NCBI GenBank assembly: GCA_964016885.1
Contig: OZ024746.1
Coordinates: 80,042,001-80,106,000 of the forward strand
Source: Eledone cirrhosa
Taxonomy: Eukaryota
Direction of reading: 5' to 3'
DNA length: 64,000 nt
The position numbers were made by a program, and so were the translations under genes. Below are positions 58,247 through 64,000 of the stretch, in pieces. Each line of letters opens with the position of its first letter. Position 1 is the first letter of the stretch. Under the pieces are notes generated by a model, which saw only the letters and a list, made by a program, of their open reading frames with translations, searched no databases and was not told where the DNA came from.

Positions 58247-58431
58247 TAATTGTTTCTACTTTTGGCACAAGGCCAGCAATTACCCAGTACATTACTGGTA
58301 CTATATTTTATCGACCCCGTAAGGATGAAAGGCAAAGTTAACCTCGGCGGGATTTGAACTCAGACCATAAAGGGAGGTAACTCTATGCTTCAAAGCATGG
58401 CGCCCGACCCCCGACCGATACTGCCAATCCA
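58247..58431 (-). mobile_element. Main SINE with TSD CTGTTAGCTTCATAAT
   Basis: Full-length copy. Duplication at 58236-58250 / 58432-58447. Confidence 0.85.
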
Positions 58432-58517
58432 CTGTTAGCTTCATAATAAGACTGAAACATGTACAATGTTGTCTCCCTTGCTTGAGGAATAATTATATAA
58501 TATTATTAATCTAAAAG

Positions 58518-58706
58518 TGCGGTGGATTGGCAGTATTGGTAGAGGGTCGGACGCCATGCTTTGACGTATAGAGTTACGGCCCTTGCCATTCTGAGTTCAA
58601 ATCCCGCCGAGGTTAACTTTGCTATTCATCCTTACGGGGTCGATAAAATAAAGTACCAGTAATGCACTGGGTAATTGCTGGCCTTGTGCCTAACGTAGAA
58701 ACAATT
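58518..58706 (+). mobile_element. Main SINE with TSD ATTATTAATCTAAAAG
   Basis: Full-length copy. Duplication at 58502-58517 / 58704-58719. Confidence 0.85.
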
Positions 58707-59188
58707 ATTAATCTAAAAGCATCTATCCTCACTGCGGGACGTTATCAAACAGAATGACATCACTCCCACGTGGAACAGTGCTGCTTCACTATGTCCACAT
58801 TATTCAATTGTTTCCTCTGTCATTTAAATTTTTATCACCTTTGCAAAAATAGAACGTGGGCGTGAATGTCCTTTAAGGTGAAGGTAGTGTGTGCGCGTGT
58901 GGTTATGAATGTGTATATATTGAAGATGTTTGCAAGGATTAGACGAATTTGGAATTTGCCTTTTAATGAAAGTTCATGTAAACCCATGCAGTGCACAGAA
59001 ATAAAACAAGCCGCTAAAGTTCAATGTAAGGATATTCTCCAAGGGAATCCCCAATTTGTGAAAATAGAGAGAATCTGAAGGGAGCCTTCCAGCATAGGAA
59101 AATACACACGATTTTATGCTCGGAAACATTTGTAAATGGTTGTAATGAATTGCCGTTTGTAAACTGCATTGTTTTGTTAATTATATAA

Positions 59189-59259
<71 letters not shown>

Positions 59260-59274
59260 CATATGCATATGTAT

Positions 59275-59355
<81 letters not shown>

Positions 59356-59400
59356 AAGTTGACGGACGCTTTAAGCATCCAACACCAATTATATATAATA

Positions 59401-59483
<83 letters not shown>

Positions 59484-59518
59484 TATATGTATATATATAT
59501 ACTATATGTATATATATA

Positions 59519-59576
<58 letters not shown>

Positions 59577-59603
59577 TATATGTATATATATATATATATA
59601 TAC

Positions 59604-59637
<34 letters not shown>

Positions 59638-59687
59638 CCCATGTATATATATATATATATATATACTATATGTATATATATATATAC

Positions 59688-59723
<36 letters not shown>

Positions 59724-59967
59724 ACCATGTATACATATACATATATGTATATATACATATGCGTGTTTACATATGTATATATATATATATATATACTATA
59801 TATATATATGTATATATATATATAACCATGTATACATATACATATATGTATATATACATATGCGTGTTTACATATATATATATATATATATACTATATAT
59901 ATAATAAATTTGACAGTGCACACATGCATATATATATATACATGTACATATGCATATATATATATAT

Positions 59968-60035
<68 letters not shown>

Positions 60036-61149
60036 TGATAAAACATACATATAGAACATATAGAAATATGCACATCATATTATATATTCTAATATATTAT
60101 ATTATATTATATTATATTATACTATATTATATTATATTATATTATATTATACAATATTATATTATACTATATTATATTATACTATATTATATTATACTAT
60201 ATTATATTATATTATACTATATTATATTATACTATATTATAACTGTGGATATATTATACATAGGATTCTCTAGATTTTTCATATTTATACTTTTCTTTAT
60301 TTGTTAATTCATTTATCAATTCCTGTTGTTGTTATTTTTGATGATGATGATGATGGTGGTGGTGATGATGGTGGTGGTGGTGGTGGTGGTGATGATGATG
60401 ATGATGATGATATGGTTTCTGATGCTACTATTGTTATATATTCAATTATTTACACTTTTCAGATTTCCGCCATTTTTTTACTATTTTATTTATATATTTA
60501 TATATGTCCCATTTCATTTTTTATTATTATTATTTATTATTTAATAGTTGTTGTTTTAATTTTTTTCATTTTATTTTTATACTTCTAGGGTTCTTTTTTT
60601 TTTCTTCGGGACAATCATATATCAACCTCTGTACCACCACCTCCACAACTGCCGCCACCACTATCACTACCACTACCACCACCATCACTACCACTACCAC
60701 CATTACCACCATCACCACCATCAACACCATCATCACCATCACCACCATCAACACCACCACCATCTGCACCACCAGAACCCCCAGCACCACCACCAGAACC
60801 ATCACTACAACCACCAATAACACCTACCACTTCACTAATATCGCTTCTACCAGCACCTCTTTTATCACAGCCACTACTACTACCACTACAACCCCTAGTA
60901 TATACCACTAACATCGTTTCTATCAGTACACCATGTATCACTACCACTTCCACCAACAGCACTTACTACCAACACCTATCACCATACTAGCTTCACCTTT
61001 ACGAACACTTCATTTATCACCACCACTACTAGCACCAACGCAAAGAAGTAGGTCTCTAAGTGATCACTCGACCTGCTAGAAATAGCTGGTATTTGTCCCT
61101 CAAATTACACCTTACCTTAGTTTTTAAAGAACCTGAAGGATACATAGGA

Positions 61150-61626
61150 TAAATAGCCCTAGATACAGTGTATCAGAAAAATAGCCCTAGATACAGTGTA
61201 TCAGAAAAACGGGCCTAGATACACTGTATCAGAAAAACAGCCCTAAATACAGTGTATCTGAAAATAGCCCTAGATACACTGTATCAGAAAAATAGCCCTA
61301 GATACATTGTATCAGAAAATAGCTCTAGATACACTGTATCAGAAAATAGCCCTAGATACACTGTATCAGAAAATAGCCCTAGATAAACTGTATCAGAAAA
61401 TAGCCCGAAATACACTGTATCAGGAAAATAGCCTGAGATACACTGCATCAAAAAAATAGCCCTAGATACACTGTATCTGAAAAATAGTCCTAGATACACT
61501 GTATCAGAAAAATAGCCCTACATACATTGTATCAGAAAAACAGCCCTAGATACACTGCATAGATACACTGTATGTGAAAAAACAACCTAGATACACTGCA
61601 TCAGAAAAATGGCCCTAGATACACTA
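61150..61626. repeat. Minisatellite, about 15-16 copies of a 30-31 bp unit
   Basis: Consensus AAAATAGCCCTAGATACACTGTATCAGA(A). Confidence 0.9.
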
Positions 61627-63809
61627 ACAAAAAAACAAAATGGACATTGCTAGAAGAACGTTGATCATAGATCAGCTGGATCAGGGCAGTCCTGAGTTGA
61701 AACACTCTCCATGATAACCATCACCATCACCACCACCAACACAATCTCAATCATCACCATCACCATCACCACCACCATCACTAGCACTAAACAACAACAA
61801 AAACAATAGCCACCACCACTTCTACTATCACCCCATGTTCCCAACACACTAATCCTTCTTTAACACTTTCTAATTTCTTATTGGTTTCACTCCTGTCCCA
61901 TCCCTTCCTTTCCTGACGTCTTCACATCTTCATAAATATAAATTTGATGACCCACCTCTCCACTAATTGATGGCGTTAGTGAGAGAGGGGGCTGTTCTCG
62001 GGTCTTTTTTTTTATATATCACTCTTACCACCACCACTACTGTCACCATCACCGTCACTACCAACCCCATCATCCCCATCCATCACCACCACCACCACCA
62101 CTGTGAACACTAACTCCCACTACTGTTACCATCACCACCACCACCACCATGACAAACATGAACAACACAACACTACCACCGTCACCACTAAGGCTACTTC
62201 TGCCATCATCTATTACCACCACCACCACCACCATTGTCACCTCTACCGCCAACACTACCACCACTACCACCACTACCACTACCACCATTACCACTACCAA
62301 CACTACCACTACCACCACTACAACCACCATAACAACAACAACAACCACTCTCGCCACCCCTCCCCCACAACTACTACCACTGCCACGACCATTACCACCA
62401 CTACCACCACTACAACCACCATAACAACAACAACCACTCTCGCCACCCCTCCCCCACAACTACTACCACTGCCACAACCACTACCACCACTACCACTATC
62501 ACCACCACCACAACAACAACAACCAACAACCAACAACTACAAAATCAAGGCTAGAATGCTTTTGATCATATCTGACCTGGGGCTAAACAAATACAGCAGC
62601 AACAACGCCCAAGGGAGTCTGTATGCGGTCGTTTGGCCAGCAACTAAATCTCTCTACTAATCTTGCCCTGTTGTCCGAATAAATGACATATTAGATAATG
62701 GAATGGATCTCCGTTGGTTTCAACGATGAGTGTTCCAGTGATTCAATCAACGAAACAGCTTACTCATGAAATGAACTTATATAGAGAGATTCAGCTTTAC
62801 ACAGTGTATGCCAAGGCTGACCCTTTGTATTACAGGTACAGTCCATCTGACGGGCTTCCGAACAGTTTCCATCCACCCAGTTTCACTAACAAGGCTATGG
62901 TAAATGGCATTTGCCTAAGATGCCATGCAATGGGATCAAACCCCGGACCTCATATAATTGCGAAGCAAACTTCTTAACCATTCAGCTATGTTGTGTCCAC
63001 TCATTAGATAACGTACCGTTAGATACAACTAAAACATGGGCTAGGTATAGCTAGAAGGCCTTAGAGTTATAGTTATGCTTCATCATTGATTATACAACAA
63101 AAGGTAGGATGGTCACAGTTAGAATATCTCTTCATTTATCTCTCACAAGTGGCTATACAACAACAGCAACAAGAAAAACTACACACTTAAAGCAGCAGCA
63201 GTAGCAACAGCAGTAGCAATAGCAACAGTAACAGCAACAAAAACAGCAGCAATCATGCACCAATGAAAGAATCTCGACATGGTCACCAGATCCACTAGAA
63301 ATAGTAGCCATGTCTCTCTCACAAATCATCGACTAACCATCTTTAAAAATGAAGGATTACACAACACATCTAATGTCTGATTTTAAGATGGGATGGTCAT
63401 GATTGGAATGCCTTCGATTACAACCAACATCACTTTCAGACTACTCGGTGGATATTGTGTATTGGACCACTAATGGTTTCGACGATGAGTGTTCCATTTG
63501 ATTGATCAACGAAATAGCCTGTTTATGAAATTAACGTACAAGTGTCTGAGCATTCCATAATCACGTGTACCTTTAACGTAATCCTCTAGAGAATTCGGCG
63601 TGACACAGTGTGTGACAAGACTGGTCATTTGAATTAGTTAAGACACATTTTTTGCCAGTTGTGTGGACTGAAGTAACGTGAAATGAAATGTCTTGCTCAA
63701 GGACACAACGCGCGCCGCAAGGAATCGAACTCACGACCTCGCGATCGTATGCCCGAATACCCTAACCACTAAGTTGTGAACCTTCAGAAACTACCCCGAT
63801 ACTGCCAAT

Positions 63810-64000
63810 ATAATTTGGCAGTATCTGTAGAGGGTCAGACGCCATGCTTTGCTGCATAGAGCTATGGCCCTTTATGATCTGAGTTCAAATCCAGCCGAGG
63901 TTAGCTTTGCCTTTCATCCTTACGAGGGTCGGTCGATAAAATAAAGTACCAGTAATACACTCGGATATCATTGCTGGCCTTGTGCCAAAAAGTAGAAACA
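63810..64000 (+). mobile_element. Main SINE copy (runs to the window end)
   Basis: TTGGCAGTATCTGTAGAGGGTCAGACGCC..GAGTTCAAATCC..GGCCTTGTGCCAAAAAGTAGAAACA. Confidence 0.85.

Noticed and set aside
61150-61626. CRISPR-like 30-bp repeat with internal palindrome
   Set aside because: Units are contiguous with no unique spacers, there are no cas genes, and the context is eukaryotic.
60566-62660. Mucin-like Thr-rich ORFs
   Set aside because: These are (ACC/ACT)n low-complexity tracts, open in several frames by composition.

Overview
AT-rich, microsatellite-saturated eukaryotic intergenic or intronic DNA. The SINE families and the (TA)n/(CA)n/(ATCT)n load strongly suggest an Octopus (cephalopod) genome; this is inferred from pattern recognition, not from a search. 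No intact host protein-coding gene is visible, and almost all ORFs in the track are microsatellite artefacts. Recognisable elements are: two decayed Tx1-clade (L1 superfamily) LINEs plus short 3' remnants; a Penelope-like element (PLE) 3' fragment with a GIY-YIG endonuclease and inverted pseudo-LTRs; a decayed Tc1/mariner transposase; a hAT-type and a Tc1/mariner-type MITE; an R4/Dong-like REL-endonuclease fragment; many tRNA-derived SINEs; and a 30-bp minisatellite. The main hidden signal is a set of roughly 20 short inserts (about 120-550 bp, several unrelated families) sitting in (TA)n tracts. Many are fold-back palindromes, and many carry hand-foldable type I hammerhead ribozymes (about 12 with intact cores, plus point-mutated relics). 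They share an unpaired 60-95 nt 3' tail that starts with a covarying CTC...GAG stem-loop ending about 40 nt from the terminus. The same architecture in the GIY-YIG fragment ties them to PLE retrotransposition. All RNA folds were done by eye and need computational and biochemical confirmation.
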